Shown one piece after another: positions 19,433 to 29,434 of a DNA stretch of 64,000 nucleotides (the stretch's first letter is position 1; every line of letters begins with the position of its first letter). This stretch comes from Flavobacteriales bacterium (GTDB lineage Bacteria > Bacteroidota > Bacteroidia > Flavobacteriales_C > GCA-002722245): positions 229,178-293,177 of the forward strand of contig PBLA01000033.1 in NCBI GenBank assembly GCA_002722245.1, in the 5' to 3' direction. Made by a program: the position numbers and the translations under genes. The notes beneath the pieces are model-generated. The model was given only the letters and a program-made list of their open reading frames with translations, had not been told where the DNA came from and did not search any database.

Positions 19433-20089
19433 TTAAATGAGTTCTCGGGACTTTTCCTCTTCAGATGGTTCCCGAGGTTGTGAAACAGGTGCTTTACTTT
19501 TATTAAAAAATTCAGTTTGAAAGGACCCTCTTTGAAAGACAATAATGATACCAACACCCACAGATATTGCTACATCAGCCAAATTGAAAATTGGAGAAAA
19601 AAAGCTTAAACTAAACATATCAACAACCTTACCTGTTAAGAAGTTAGCATATCCTTCTCCAAATGGCACTGTTTCCGCTGTAATGGATAAATGACGGGGA
19701 CTGTCACTAAAAACCAATCCATAGAGTAAACTATCCACAATATTACCTAAGGCTCCAGAAAAGATAAGGGCGATACTAACTATTAAGCCAAAAGATCCTT
19801 TTTTCCTAATTAAACCAATTAGGTAATAGAAAATGACACCAACAGCAATAATTCGAAAAATACTCAACAAAATTTTTGCACCTTGATCACCTAAAAAAGG
19901 GATTTCCCATCCAAAGGCCATGCCTGGATTTTCAACAAAATGTAATTGGAACCAATCACCAATTAATTCAAAACTTTCGCCGTAGTAAAAATTTAACTTA
20001 ACCCATACTTTTATCAACTGATCAAAAAACAGCGTTAAAAGAATGGTGATGATCGCAACAATATATCTATTCCTTATAGCGGTAGTCAT
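19433..20089 (-). CDS. lspA: Lipoprotein signal peptidase II
   Basis: Four TM segments with the conserved Asp-containing motifs (NPGMAFG, NIVDS) and a C-terminal tail. Confidence 0.8.
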   Translation of the reverse strand: MTTAIRNRYIVAIITILLTLFFDQLIKVWVKLNFYYGESFELIGDWFQLHFVENPGMAFGWEIPFLGDQGAKILLSIFRIIAVGVIFYYLIGLIRKKGSFGLIVSIALIFSGALGNIVDSLLYGLVFSDSPRHLSITAETVPFGEGYANFLTGKVVDMFSLSFFSPIFNLADVAISVGVGIIIVFQRGSFQTEFFNKSKAPVSQPREPSEEEKSRELI

Positions 20090-20148
20090 ATTTCAAAGCA
20101 AATATAGGATAAAACGATTTTAAATTTTGCCCGTTAAGTTAAATTAAG

Positions 20149-21111
20149 ATGCGGGATACACATAAAATAAAATTCATCAAGATCTGTTCAGAGCTAGGTG
20201 CTGGAGTAAGAGGTTCCTCCAAGGCATTTGAAGGATTGAAAAAAGCCGCTCATAAAAAAAACAGTTCCTTATTTGATCATTTCGAAATTATTTCCATCAA
20301 GGATGAAAATGAATCACTTTTGAAAAATATAAGTTTCCCGAATGCAAAACGAATTAAACATGTCCACACCGTTTTAAACCGTGTTTATCGTGAAGTATAC
20401 AATCAACTAAATAAGGAAGTCTTTCCAATTTTATTATCAGGAGACCATTCCATTGCTGCTGGAACTCTTGCAGGAATCAAATCAGCCTTTCCAAGTGAAA
20501 CTCTCGGAGTTGTATGGATTGATGCCCATGCCGATCTTCACACGCCTTACACTACTCCATCAGGAAATATGCACGGTATGCCACTAGCCGCATCCTTGGG
20601 TTTAGACCAATTACAACATGCTCAAAACAATCCTAAGTCAGAAGTTTTAACCCTATGGGATAATATAAAATCCTTGGGGAATATCTCTCCAAAAATACAC
20701 TCTGAGAACTTAATTTATGTGGGGTTAAGAGATACAGAATGGCAGGAGGAGCATTTAATTAAAACAATGAATATTCAAAATTACACTGTGGATTTTATTC
20801 GGAAAAACGGAGGCGTATCAACCGCTGAATCCATTCTAAACCAACTTGTGAATTGTCATCGTATCTATATCTCATTTGACGTAGATGTGTTTGATGATTC
20901 CCTAAGCCTGGGCACAGGAACTCCATCACCAAAAGGTTTATTTCTTCGTGAGGTCATCAACCTTATTAACCGATTAGTAAAGAGTGAAAAAATATGTTGT
21001 TTTGAAATTGTTGAAATAAATCCCCTTATTGACAATAAAGGAAATACAATGGCTGAGATGGGCTTTGATGTCTTGAATACCTTTGTGCACACGCTAAGCA
21101 CATTAAAATAA
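20149..21111 (+). CDS. Arginase/ureohydrolase family protein (arginase or formimidoylglutamase-like)
   Basis: Mn-binding motifs GGDHS, DAHAD, SFDVDVFD. Confidence 0.75.
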   Translation: MRDTHKIKFIKICSELGAGVRGSSKAFEGLKKAAHKKNSSLFDHFEIISIKDENESLLKNISFPNAKRIKHVHTVLNRVYREVYNQLNKEVFPILLSGDHSIAAGTLAGIKSAFPSETLGVVWIDAHADLHTPYTTPSGNMHGMPLAASLGLDQLQHAQNNPKSEVLTLWDNIKSLGNISPKIHSENLIYVGLRDTEWQEEHLIKTMNIQNYTVDFIRKNGGVSTAESILNQLVNCHRIYISFDVDVFDDSLSLGTGTPSPKGLFLREVINLINRLVKSEKICCFEIVEINPLIDNKGNTMAEMGFDVLNTFVHTLSTLK

Positions 21112-21133
21112 AAAAATTGTATGTCCTAAACAC

Positions 21134-22774
21134 CTAACGTTTAACTACTTTTATTACCTCTAGGACACGTCCATCTGAAGCTATTTTTAAAGTATAATTT
21201 CCAGGCGAGAGTGCAGATAATTCTAACCGCACGTTTCCATTTGAATAATTTGTATTAATTACTTTGACGAGCTGACCGCTTTGATTATACACATACACTA
21301 TAATCTTATGAACATCATTTTCATTTCTTAACGTCAACTCGTTACTAAAAGGATTTGGAGAAGCAAACCATGTGCAGCTTTCATTTGAATTGAAGACATT
21401 TTTTTCTATCCCTGAAGAACATCCCTCATCGATTTTATATGATGATTTAACAAGATGATCAATTGTGGAATCATTAAAACTTGTGTTTGTGGTATGATTG
21501 TAAAATGTTTTATCCAAGACTTCAGCATCTCCGCCCATCCAATCTTTTAATAACGTACCAAAAACAGATCGATAATCATGTTGAATCGTTTCTATTTGCC
21601 AGTTATTATCTTCAATTGCTTCATTCAAATCAGGATTAATTCCTGTCATCCCTCCTTCAATTGTATTTCCAAAAATAAATATTGGAGCTATTTCACCATG
21701 ATCTGTTCCTAAATTTCCGTTTTCAGCAACTTTTCTTCCAAACTCTGAATAGGTAATCGCCATAACGTCTTCTTCCAAACCAATCGACGAAATATCATTC
21801 ATAAATGCTCCAATTGCACCAGAAAGCTCTTCAAGCAGAAGATAATGTCTTCCTAAAACATCATTTCCACCTGTTTCTAACTGCATAGCATGCGTATCAA
21901 ACCCTTTTAATCGAACCATGAAAATTTTTGACTTAAGCCCTCCCTTAATCATTCTTGCAACGGTTTTCAACTGATTGGACAAGTCTGTATCTGGATAAGA
22001 AGCTTCATTTGAACCTAAATTGAATGCATTTGAAATTGAACCAGCATAAATATTAGCCAACTTGTCCGTCTCAACAATGTAATCTAATTCAATTCCAAAA
22101 TCAGAATCTTTAGAAATTTCTTTTGGCGCCTCACCTCCTAAACCATTGATTATTGAATAAAAACCAGAAGCATCTTGATTAGTTATATTCATATTCATTC
22201 CGTGCTCATGTTCACCAAAGAACCCAAGGGAGTTCTTAACGTTTCCCATCTGAACAGCAAAAGGGTAATCTTTCCCTAATTCGCTCGCATACATATTTTC
22301 CATATATCTTCCTATCCATCCTGAATCCTTTCCATTTCCCCATCCATTCCCATCATTCCCTGTCATCATCATATCACTAGAAGTAAAGTGACTTTTATTG
22401 GCTGAAGGATAACCAACACCTTGAATTATCTGCATTTTACCTTCATCGTACAACCTTTTAAAATCAGTAAGAATCGGATGTAATCCGACAAGTTGATTTT
22501 CTGCTAACCCAGAATCCAGCGAAATATATTTATTCAATCCAGACTCTGGAACTCTAATGGTGGGACGCAGATTTGAATAAATATCATATTGATTTACAGG
22601 CACTATTGTATTCAGTCCATCATTGCCTCCGTCTAAATTGATTAAAATCAATTTTCTATTTGAAAAGTCGCAGTTTTTCAACTCATCAGATTCGAACATA
22701 GCATTCAAATCAAAAGGCATTAATGCGGCGGCAGAGGCAGTGGTACTAAGCTTTATAAAATCCCTTCTTTTCAT
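21134..22774 (-). CDS. DUF1501 family protein with an N-terminal twin-arginine signal and a C-terminal T9SS sorting domain
   Basis: MKRRDFIKL...AAALMPF Tat-like signal; DUF1501 core; C-terminal ...GNYTLKIASDGRVLEVIKVVKR CTD-like. Confidence 0.65.
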   Translation of the reverse strand: MKRRDFIKLSTTASAAALMPFDLNAMFESDELKNCDFSNRKLILINLDGGNDGLNTIVPVNQYDIYSNLRPTIRVPESGLNKYISLDSGLAENQLVGLHPILTDFKRLYDEGKMQIIQGVGYPSANKSHFTSSDMMMTGNDGNGWGNGKDSGWIGRYMENMYASELGKDYPFAVQMGNVKNSLGFFGEHEHGMNMNITNQDASGFYSIINGLGGEAPKEISKDSDFGIELDYIVETDKLANIYAGSISNAFNLGSNEASYPDTDLSNQLKTVARMIKGGLKSKIFMVRLKGFDTHAMQLETGGNDVLGRHYLLLEELSGAIGAFMNDISSIGLEEDVMAITYSEFGRKVAENGNLGTDHGEIAPIFIFGNTIEGGMTGINPDLNEAIEDNNWQIETIQHDYRSVFGTLLKDWMGGDAEVLDKTFYNHTTNTSFNDSTIDHLVKSSYKIDEGCSSGIEKNVFNSNESCTWFASPNPFSNELTLRNENDVHKIIVYVYNQSGQLVKVINTNYSNGNVRLELSALSPGNYTLKIASDGRVLEVIKVVKR

Positions 22775-22777
22775 AAC

Positions 22778-24427
22778 CTACATTAATTGAAATTCTGCTG
22801 CGTTAACCATAGCAATTAATAACTGATCTAACCTTATTCTCGTTGTAGTATCATCCCCACCAATATAATCACTCCAAGCGCCTGTCCAATACTCATCTCC
22901 CAATGAGTTTGATAGAAGATCTTTGAAATAATCTATTCGATCTTGATCAATCGATTCTGGATATAAATATTCTGCAATTTCTCTCACTACAGTTTCTGCG
23001 TCATATGGATTGGAAATTGTTGTCTCCACATATTTAACAGAATCTACAACCGAGGAAAACCTACCCCAACCTGCGATTAGATCCCTTCCATATAAAAAAG
23101 ATTCAATGAACTTATACCTACTAACAATTGTTGCTGATGTAAACCATTGCCTATCATAATCTGGACCTTGGTAATCGGCAGGGTATCCTGCCACCGAATC
23201 CGGAGCAAACATATTAAATCCAGAACCCGAAAAACTTGAATTATGCCCGAAATTCCTAAAAAACAAGTGATAATATTCGTCCTGATTGTCTAACACTAAA
23301 GGATTTATAATATCAACTTTAAATGCTGATGTAATTTCCGTCCAAAGTTGCATTGGATGCTTAATAATACTCCCAATGATTTGATCCGTATTGTCACTAT
23401 CACATTCATCATAAAAGTGTTTTGATTCAAGCAACCTCTTTAAAACGGGTAACAATTGATATCCATTTGCCCTTAAATCAGTTGCCAAGGGTTCGATTAT
23501 ATTCGTTTCAACAACAGAATCCCATTCACTTTTCACAAAAAACCTGTAGAGCTTTCTAACATATGCTAATGCTGTAGCATCTTGATCAAAAACCATGTCT
23601 ACGAACTCTTCATATTCTGCTAGTATTGATGCCTCATCAACACCGCCTTGTATTATTTTATTTCCGAATGCAGCACTAAATGTCTTATCCCCTTTATCAT
23701 GAGCATTTACATTAACATATCCTTGAGGAATAGAGGTGTCAGGATCTTGAATTGAACGATCATTTTTATTTCTAAACCCCGTTAAAACTCTTGCTGCCTC
23801 AATCACATCGGACTCTGTATAATTTGTGTAATCGCCGGGACCCCTTTGTTCTCCTTTAAGAATCGTAAATAATTCTAAATACTCTCTTGAATAATTTTCA
23901 TTCGGCTTCCATCTACTATTTAAATTATTATCTAAATAAAGAACCATCGCATTGTTGAGTGTGATTTTTTTCGCCAAAATTTTAACACTCCCAAATGCAT
24001 ATTTTTGCAACAAACGTAAATAGTCAAAAAAATGAGTTGCTGGACCTGTGCCTGCGTCTTTAGATGTGGTAAAACACGTATGTAAGAATAAGGTTAACTT
24101 ATGCTCCAATGAAATTTCATTTTGAGCGTTGTACCACCACCAACCACAAATATATGTCCGTTTAGCACCTTGTCTACTAAATTCAGCGGGGTCTTTTGGA
24201 GAACTGGTCCAATGCTGTTCTTCCCAATCCTCTCCCCTCGGGTCAATTGGTTCAGAAAGCTTAGGGATAGACGGTGCGCTCAAAGCCCAAAGAGCCTGAG
24301 CAGGAGTAAAACTCGCAAATTGATCAATTTTTTCAGGAGTGAAATTAAAACAAGATCTTCTCAGTAAGTGTTTCGCTTTACGTTTTCCTAAAGTTTGAGT
24401 AAATGGTGATAAAGAGGACATAACCAA
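22778..24427 (-). CDS. DUF1800 family protein (usual partner of DUF1501)
   Basis: 549 aa; adjacent to and upstream of the DUF1501 gene with a 3-nt gap. Confidence 0.55.
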   Translation of the reverse strand: MVMSSLSPFTQTLGKRKAKHLLRRSCFNFTPEKIDQFASFTPAQALWALSAPSIPKLSEPIDPRGEDWEEQHWTSSPKDPAEFSRQGAKRTYICGWWWYNAQNEISLEHKLTLFLHTCFTTSKDAGTGPATHFFDYLRLLQKYAFGSVKILAKKITLNNAMVLYLDNNLNSRWKPNENYSREYLELFTILKGEQRGPGDYTNYTESDVIEAARVLTGFRNKNDRSIQDPDTSIPQGYVNVNAHDKGDKTFSAAFGNKIIQGGVDEASILAEYEEFVDMVFDQDATALAYVRKLYRFFVKSEWDSVVETNIIEPLATDLRANGYQLLPVLKRLLESKHFYDECDSDNTDQIIGSIIKHPMQLWTEITSAFKVDIINPLVLDNQDEYYHLFFRNFGHNSSFSGSGFNMFAPDSVAGYPADYQGPDYDRQWFTSATIVSRYKFIESFLYGRDLIAGWGRFSSVVDSVKYVETTISNPYDAETVVREIAEYLYPESIDQDRIDYFKDLLSNSLGDEYWTGAWSDYIGGDDTTTRIRLDQLLIAMVNAAEFQLM

Positions 24428-24820
24428 AGGTTGAATTCCCTTAAATTACTATTTTATTAATTCAATTCAAAAACCAATAATTCAACGTATTATCATTCAT
24501 TAAATACTTCCGATGCCCATTTTATAAAATACTCACTTCAATTCTTAATACTCTTGGAGAATACCTCAAAGGAAGACTTAACTTTTCCAAAGTTTTTTTT
24601 TCTCGGCCTTGTTAATGATTTCGACACTATTCAAATTACCCATATGATTGAATTTTACCAAAAGCATTCAAAAAACATATCATTATTTCGTTTAAATAGG
24701 AAATAGATTGGTTTATGTATTCACTGAACCACTATGCCTTGATGTGAAATATGAACACCCTTATTATTAAATTTAACAAGGAATTATTGTTACTTCATCT
24801 CCCTCGATGTAAATTTAAAT

Positions 24821-25774
24821 GTGTTTAAAAGAATAGCCATATTTATAGTCTTATTCCTCTTTCAAATATGTAAAGGCGGGAATATTAATTCAGCTATTAC
24901 CTTTGGCACACATTTTATTTTTGGTTCGCAACTCCAATCCATCAATCTTAGTTTAGATGGTAATTTAGCGCTACACGAATCAGCATTTGGATTTAAAAAT
25001 GGGAGTTCTGTGTTCATCAACGGATCATGCAGTTATGAAGTATATAGGACGAAATTTGGAGTGAAAAACTATGGATCAGGAATTAATTACTCCGTTAAGG
25101 GAATATTGGGTTGGGGAAATGGATTAAATCTAGCAGGAAGCTTAATCTCAACTACTTCGAATAATTTTTTTTACGATCAATCCCACCCTACTTCGTTCAA
25201 TGGATTTGGAATAGGTGTTGACGTTAATTTACAATTTGGAACTTTGAAAAAGTTCAGTAATAAAAGAGGTAATTTTTTAGGTTTATTTTCACAAAAACAA
25301 ACAATGATTCACTTTAATTTCTCAAATGATTTTAAATCTGGATTTTTTCGAGGAAAAGGAGGTGACATGGGAGAAACAGGAAGCTTAATGCTAAAAATTG
25401 CTCAATTACAAAGCAATTATATTGATATATATGGCGTTGGATTAGCATTATTTACACCTGAACCCGACTACTCGAAAAACCCCACACAACAAAAAAATTC
25501 TGATGATGAATCTGCGATTGTATTGCCCTCAACAACACCTTTTGAAAACCTCTACCACGGAAATATTTTTGGTTCATTTAGTCGCACATCAAATTACTAT
25601 TCCATTGCCCTAAAACTTGGAGTCGATTCAAAAAAAACTGGTGCTAATATCCAAAATTGGCTCCATGATACGTTTGGACTATACCCAAGATTTGAGTGGC
25701 CTGTTGATGAGAAGAACAAACTCTTATTTGAATGTGCTACAGGTGTACTAAAAAAAGTTCAATCCATAAATTGA
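24821..25774 (+). CDS. Hypothetical secreted G/N/S/F-rich protein
   Basis: Signal peptide; low-complexity Gly/Asn/Ser/Phe-rich composition; no family recognised. Confidence 0.35.
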   Translation: MFKRIAIFIVLFLFQICKGGNINSAITFGTHFIFGSQLQSINLSLDGNLALHESAFGFKNGSSVFINGSCSYEVYRTKFGVKNYGSGINYSVKGILGWGNGLNLAGSLISTTSNNFFYDQSHPTSFNGFGIGVDVNLQFGTLKKFSNKRGNFLGLFSQKQTMIHFNFSNDFKSGFFRGKGGDMGETGSLMLKIAQLQSNYIDIYGVGLALFTPEPDYSKNPTQQKNSDDESAIVLPSTTPFENLYHGNIFGSFSRTSNYYSIALKLGVDSKKTGANIQNWLHDTFGLYPRFEWPVDEKNKLLFECATGVLKKVQSIN

Positions 25775-26601
25775 AATACATCACTTCCATACTAATCAAT
25801 TTAATGCTCTTGAGTTGTGTGAATGTTTACCAGCAAGAGATTGTTGATTCCTCTAGTATAAGAGAAGGAAAGTCCAAGCACGTGAAAATCACTAATCAGA
25901 AAGAATTACGTAATGTAATAGCTAACAATCCTCAAATTGAAATTCTTTTACTTGATTCATTACAACTTGATTCACTACCTAGTATCCTCTATAATCTTCA
26001 ACATCTCAAACACCTCTCATTAAAAAATAATCCCAACCTTAATCTTGACCCTGTATTTAAAGGCCTTGTACAATTAAAGCGTTTGAAATTCATTAATCTC
26101 TCAAATAATCAATTGCATAAACTCCCTGATTCTTTCACATTGAACACTCAAATTCGAGCTATTAAACTAAGTAATAACCATATTGATTTTGACCATTTCT
26201 CAAATCAATTATCTCAATTATCCAATGTGAATAAAGTTTGGTTGGACAATAACAACTTAAGCGAATTCCCAAGAGATTTAACTGATCTGAATGCGCTTCG
26301 ATACCTCTACATTTTCAATAATAATATTTCAGAAATTCCCCCAGAATTTTATGAATTGAAAAAACTTTGGGAGATTCACCTCGGGAGTAATAATTTTAAA
26401 ATTCTACCACCAAATATTAGAAAAGCACCTCAACTGAAAATGGTGTTCTTCAATAACAATGACATTACTTTTATTCCCAATGAGTTCTCTAAAAGAGAAG
26501 GAAGATTAGCCGCTATGACCTTACTTAATAATCCACTTTCAGATCCCGAAAAACAAAAAGCCAATAACTATTTCAAACATTTTTGGCTTCTTAAACTTTA
26601 A
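25732..26601 (+). CDS. Leucine-rich-repeat lipoprotein
   Basis: N-terminal lipobox (LLSC); about 8 LRR units (LxxLxLxxNxL). Confidence 0.6.
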   Translation: MCYRCTKKSSIHKLKYITSILINLMLLSCVNVYQQEIVDSSSIREGKSKHVKITNQKELRNVIANNPQIEILLLDSLQLDSLPSILYNLQHLKHLSLKNNPNLNLDPVFKGLVQLKRLKFINLSNNQLHKLPDSFTLNTQIRAIKLSNNHIDFDHFSNQLSQLSNVNKVWLDNNNLSEFPRDLTDLNALRYLYIFNNNISEIPPEFYELKKLWEIHLGSNNFKILPPNIRKAPQLKMVFFNNNDITFIPNEFSKREGRLAAMTLLNNPLSDPEKQKANNYFKHFWLLKL

Positions 26602-26624
26602 TTTATGAAATCTTATTTTGCACG

Positions 26625-27185
26625 GTGTTTGAGCGCGCATTCCAATTCATCACATGCAATCTTGGCTCTTTTTATTTGATTCAATTTCTCGTATATTTAA
26701 TCCAAATAGTTGTTTTGAAAATCCGAACTTTATTTATCGTACTTTTTCTTTGGATTCCTCTAGTATACTCAAATAATTCTCTAAAGGAAGTGAGGACATC
26801 TTACTTTAAAGTCAATTCAGATGAAATAAGTTTAGATGAATTTGAAGAGCTTCTCAACCAGACATCAAATACCAATATTGAAATCCAAGGCTATAAAACA
26901 ATGCTTTGGTTTTTAAAGGCTAAAGATTACTACAATCCTTTAAATAAATTAGAAGCCTTTAATAAAGGAAGACAATTACTTGAAAAATTATTGATTCAAT
27001 ATCCAGATAATTTAGAACTCCATTTCTTACGATTAACCATACAAGATCATGCCCCTTCCTTTTTAGGATACAATGACCACATCAAAAAAGATGAACAATT
27101 TATTACACTCAACATCAACCAACTTAGCGATTCAGATTTAAAAAACAGAGTATTGCTATACCTTAAAGAAGGACGAAACCAGTGA
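26625..27185 (+). CDS. Hypothetical protein (true start may be a downstream TTG near 26716)
   Basis: ORF only; hydrophobic N-terminus. Confidence 0.3.
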   Translation: MFERAFQFITCNLGSFYLIQFLVYLIQIVVLKIRTLFIVLFLWIPLVYSNNSLKEVRTSYFKVNSDEISLDEFEELLNQTSNTNIEIQGYKTMLWFLKAKDYYNPLNKLEAFNKGRQLLEKLLIQYPDNLELHFLRLTIQDHAPSFLGYNDHIKKDEQFITLNINQLSDSDLKNRVLLYLKEGRNQ

Positions 27186-27323
27186 AAAGTTCACTGCTCT
27201 TATGCTTAAACATACTATTCTGCTATTTTGAATAGCATGTCATAAGAGCGCGTACCATTTTCATTATTGTGAATTACGATATAAAATACTACATTAAAAC
27301 CTGTCGTCCTTAACCCTAAAAAA

Positions 27324-28118
27324 ATGCAAGTATTTAAACAGTTCTATTTCTCCACTGGATTCATTGGTCTTTTAATCTCCTCTTACATTACATTTTCATC
27401 TTATTCATTGTTTGCACCATCGAATAAATCAGGTTCACCCGGAGATGGGTCGGACTGCTCATCTTGTCATTCAACGTTTCCAAAAGAAAATATTGAAAAT
27501 GTCATTGAAACAACCATACCCAACGCGGGGTATAGTGAAGGAGAAAATTACACCATTACAGTTTCAGGAATTGAAGCCGAAGGATTTCCTTTATATGGCT
27601 TTTCAATGACAGCTGAAGACGCATTTGGTCAAAAAGTGGGAACGTTTACAGCAGGAATAAACTCAACTGTAACCAATAATCATATTGGCCACTCCCCTGC
27701 ACTAAATAGTTCTAGTCCATCTTGGACCTTTGAGTGGAAAGCACCACCAAGCGGAACAGGAAAAGTAACATTTTATGGCGCATTCGTACAAGCAAACAAT
27801 AAAGACAGAAACTTTGGTGACAAAGTAAAACTCAGTAATTACTCAGTAAACGAGAACACGATATCTTCAACAACAAAGATATTTCCCTCTGACGTAGATA
27901 TTCATCTAACCAACGAACAAATATGGATAAGTACAATAAAACCTGTGGAATGGAAAACTATTACTGCATTTGACTTAAATGGTCGAAAGATGATGGAAAA
28001 ATCTATTCAAACAACAAACAAAAAGTTTTCAATTGACGTGCATCTTCTTCCTACCGGTATATACTTTATTACTCTTTTCTCCGACAAGGGAATAGTTACC
28101 AAACAAATCATGAAATAA
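27324..28118 (+). CDS. Secreted protein with T9SS C-terminal sorting domain and one CXXCH motif
   Basis: Signal peptide; DCSSCH; C-terminal ...GIYFITLFSDKGIVTKQIMK CTD-like. Confidence 0.5.
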   Translation: MQVFKQFYFSTGFIGLLISSYITFSSYSLFAPSNKSGSPGDGSDCSSCHSTFPKENIENVIETTIPNAGYSEGENYTITVSGIEAEGFPLYGFSMTAEDAFGQKVGTFTAGINSTVTNNHIGHSPALNSSSPSWTFEWKAPPSGTGKVTFYGAFVQANNKDRNFGDKVKLSNYSVNENTISSTTKIFPSDVDIHLTNEQIWISTIKPVEWKTITAFDLNGRKMMEKSIQTTNKKFSIDVHLLPTGIYFITLFSDKGIVTKQIMK

Positions 28119-28141
28119 AAAAACGCGTCCTGTAAAATTTA

Positions 28142-28828
28142 CTATAAACGTTTGGCCTCAAGATTTATAATCCGTAATTCTAATTCAGAAAGCTTTTCAT
28201 GAACTGGATTTTTATTTTCAATGCTAAAGGAATTCGAAATTAATCCCGTTACAGTAAAAATTACGCCCTCTCCTTTTTGAGGTTCATGTCCTTGCCAAAA
28301 AATTTGGCTATCACGTAAAACAAGATATCCAAAAGCTGATTTCGCCAAAATTTTCTTACAAAATAAAAGATCTCCCTTTTTAGCAAATAATCCATCCAAT
28401 AGAATCGTATCATCCAGAGGTAAACTAAACTCTGCTTTAGAGGATAAAGACGTTTTAAAAAAAGTGTTTTGTCCAATTAATTCGTAATCTCCATGTTTCT
28501 CCTTCAACAATTTAGGAAGAATAGAAGGAAGATTAAACCCTTCGGAATCTTGTTTACTCTTTCCTATAATATTCTCTGGAGAAAAACCAGAGAGTTGATT
28601 AACAGTCAACTCTGTTGTGATAATATGATCTAACGAAATGCTAAATTTATTAGCAATTAGTTTCAATGTTTCAATCTTTGGTTCTGCTCTTCCTTCTTCA
28701 TATGATCCGATAGAACCTCGAGTTAAATTAAATATCTTACCAAACTCCGTCTGATTCAACCCCTTAGTAGTTCTTATTTTTTTTATATTTTTTCCGATTA
28801 ACGACATTTTAGCTAATTTTTTTTGCAA
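28142..28828 (-). CDS. XRE-family HTH transcriptional regulator with a C-terminal LexA/S24-like fold that apparently lacks the Ser nucleophile
   Basis: N-terminal HTH (LNQTEFGKIFNLTRGSIGSYEEGRAEP); C-terminal GDLLFCKK...GYLVLRD resembles the S24 beta-strands, but the GxSM Ser position reads DDT. Confidence 0.6.
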   Translation of the reverse strand: MQKKLAKMSLIGKNIKKIRTTKGLNQTEFGKIFNLTRGSIGSYEEGRAEPKIETLKLIANKFSISLDHIITTELTVNQLSGFSPENIIGKSKQDSEGFNLPSILPKLLKEKHGDYELIGQNTFFKTSLSSKAEFSLPLDDTILLDGLFAKKGDLLFCKKILAKSAFGYLVLRDSQIFWQGHEPQKGEGVIFTVTGLISNSFSIENKNPVHEKLSELELRIINLEAKRL

Positions 28829-28866
28829 TTAATGCTAATTTTATTTGTTTTTACAGTTTTTATTTA

Positions 28867-28878
28867 GTACAATTGTAC
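28867..28878. promoter_or_regulatory. Perfect 12-bp palindrome gtacaattgtac in the divergent promoter region between the XRE regulator and the YbjN-PspA cluster; candidate operator
   Basis: Read directly from the sequence. Confidence 0.4.
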
Positions 28879-29023
28879 AGATATGTTAGCAAACCACCAA
28901 AATAAACATCCTCCCTGGATAATTATTCCAGATAATTTAACCTAAAAAAGGCAAAAAAAACCAATAAAATGGTTTGAGTTAACAAAGAATAATTTACATT
29001 TAAAAAAAATTAAAAAAAGCAAA

Positions 29024-29419
29024 ATGGAGAACAACTTTGACAAAATCAAAAACTACATAATGGAGTTAGGTTTTGATATTTCAGTTGAAAACAAAGACGA
29101 TCAAGTTTTTGTTATTCAAGACGAAAATTTAGGAATCAAAAACCTAGTTATAGGGTGCGCAGACCCAATTTTAATTATGGAACAATTCATATTGGATGTA
29201 CAACATTCCAGTAAAGAAATGTTTCAGGAATTATTGCAAAAAAACCGTGACATTGTTCATGGTGCATTTGTTCTAGATGAAACGGGAGGAAAAGTGATTT
29301 TTAGAGATACTTTACAACTCGAAAACCTAGATAAAAATGAGTTAGAAGGATCAATCAACTCGCTAACGCTTCTTCTTTCAGAATATGGAGGACGATTAAT
29401 AGAATTTTCAAAAAACTAA
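29024..29419 (+). CDS. YbjN-like (putative sensory-transduction regulator / T3SS-chaperone-like fold) protein
   Basis: 131 aa; hydrophobic/charge pattern consistent with YbjN-domain proteins that commonly precede PspA/IM30 in Bacteroidota. Confidence 0.4.
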   Translation: MENNFDKIKNYIMELGFDISVENKDDQVFVIQDENLGIKNLVIGCADPILIMEQFILDVQHSSKEMFQELLQKNRDIVHGAFVLDETGGKVIFRDTLQLENLDKNELEGSINSLTLLLSEYGGRLIEFSKN

Positions 29420-29434
29420 AAAAAAACACAAACA

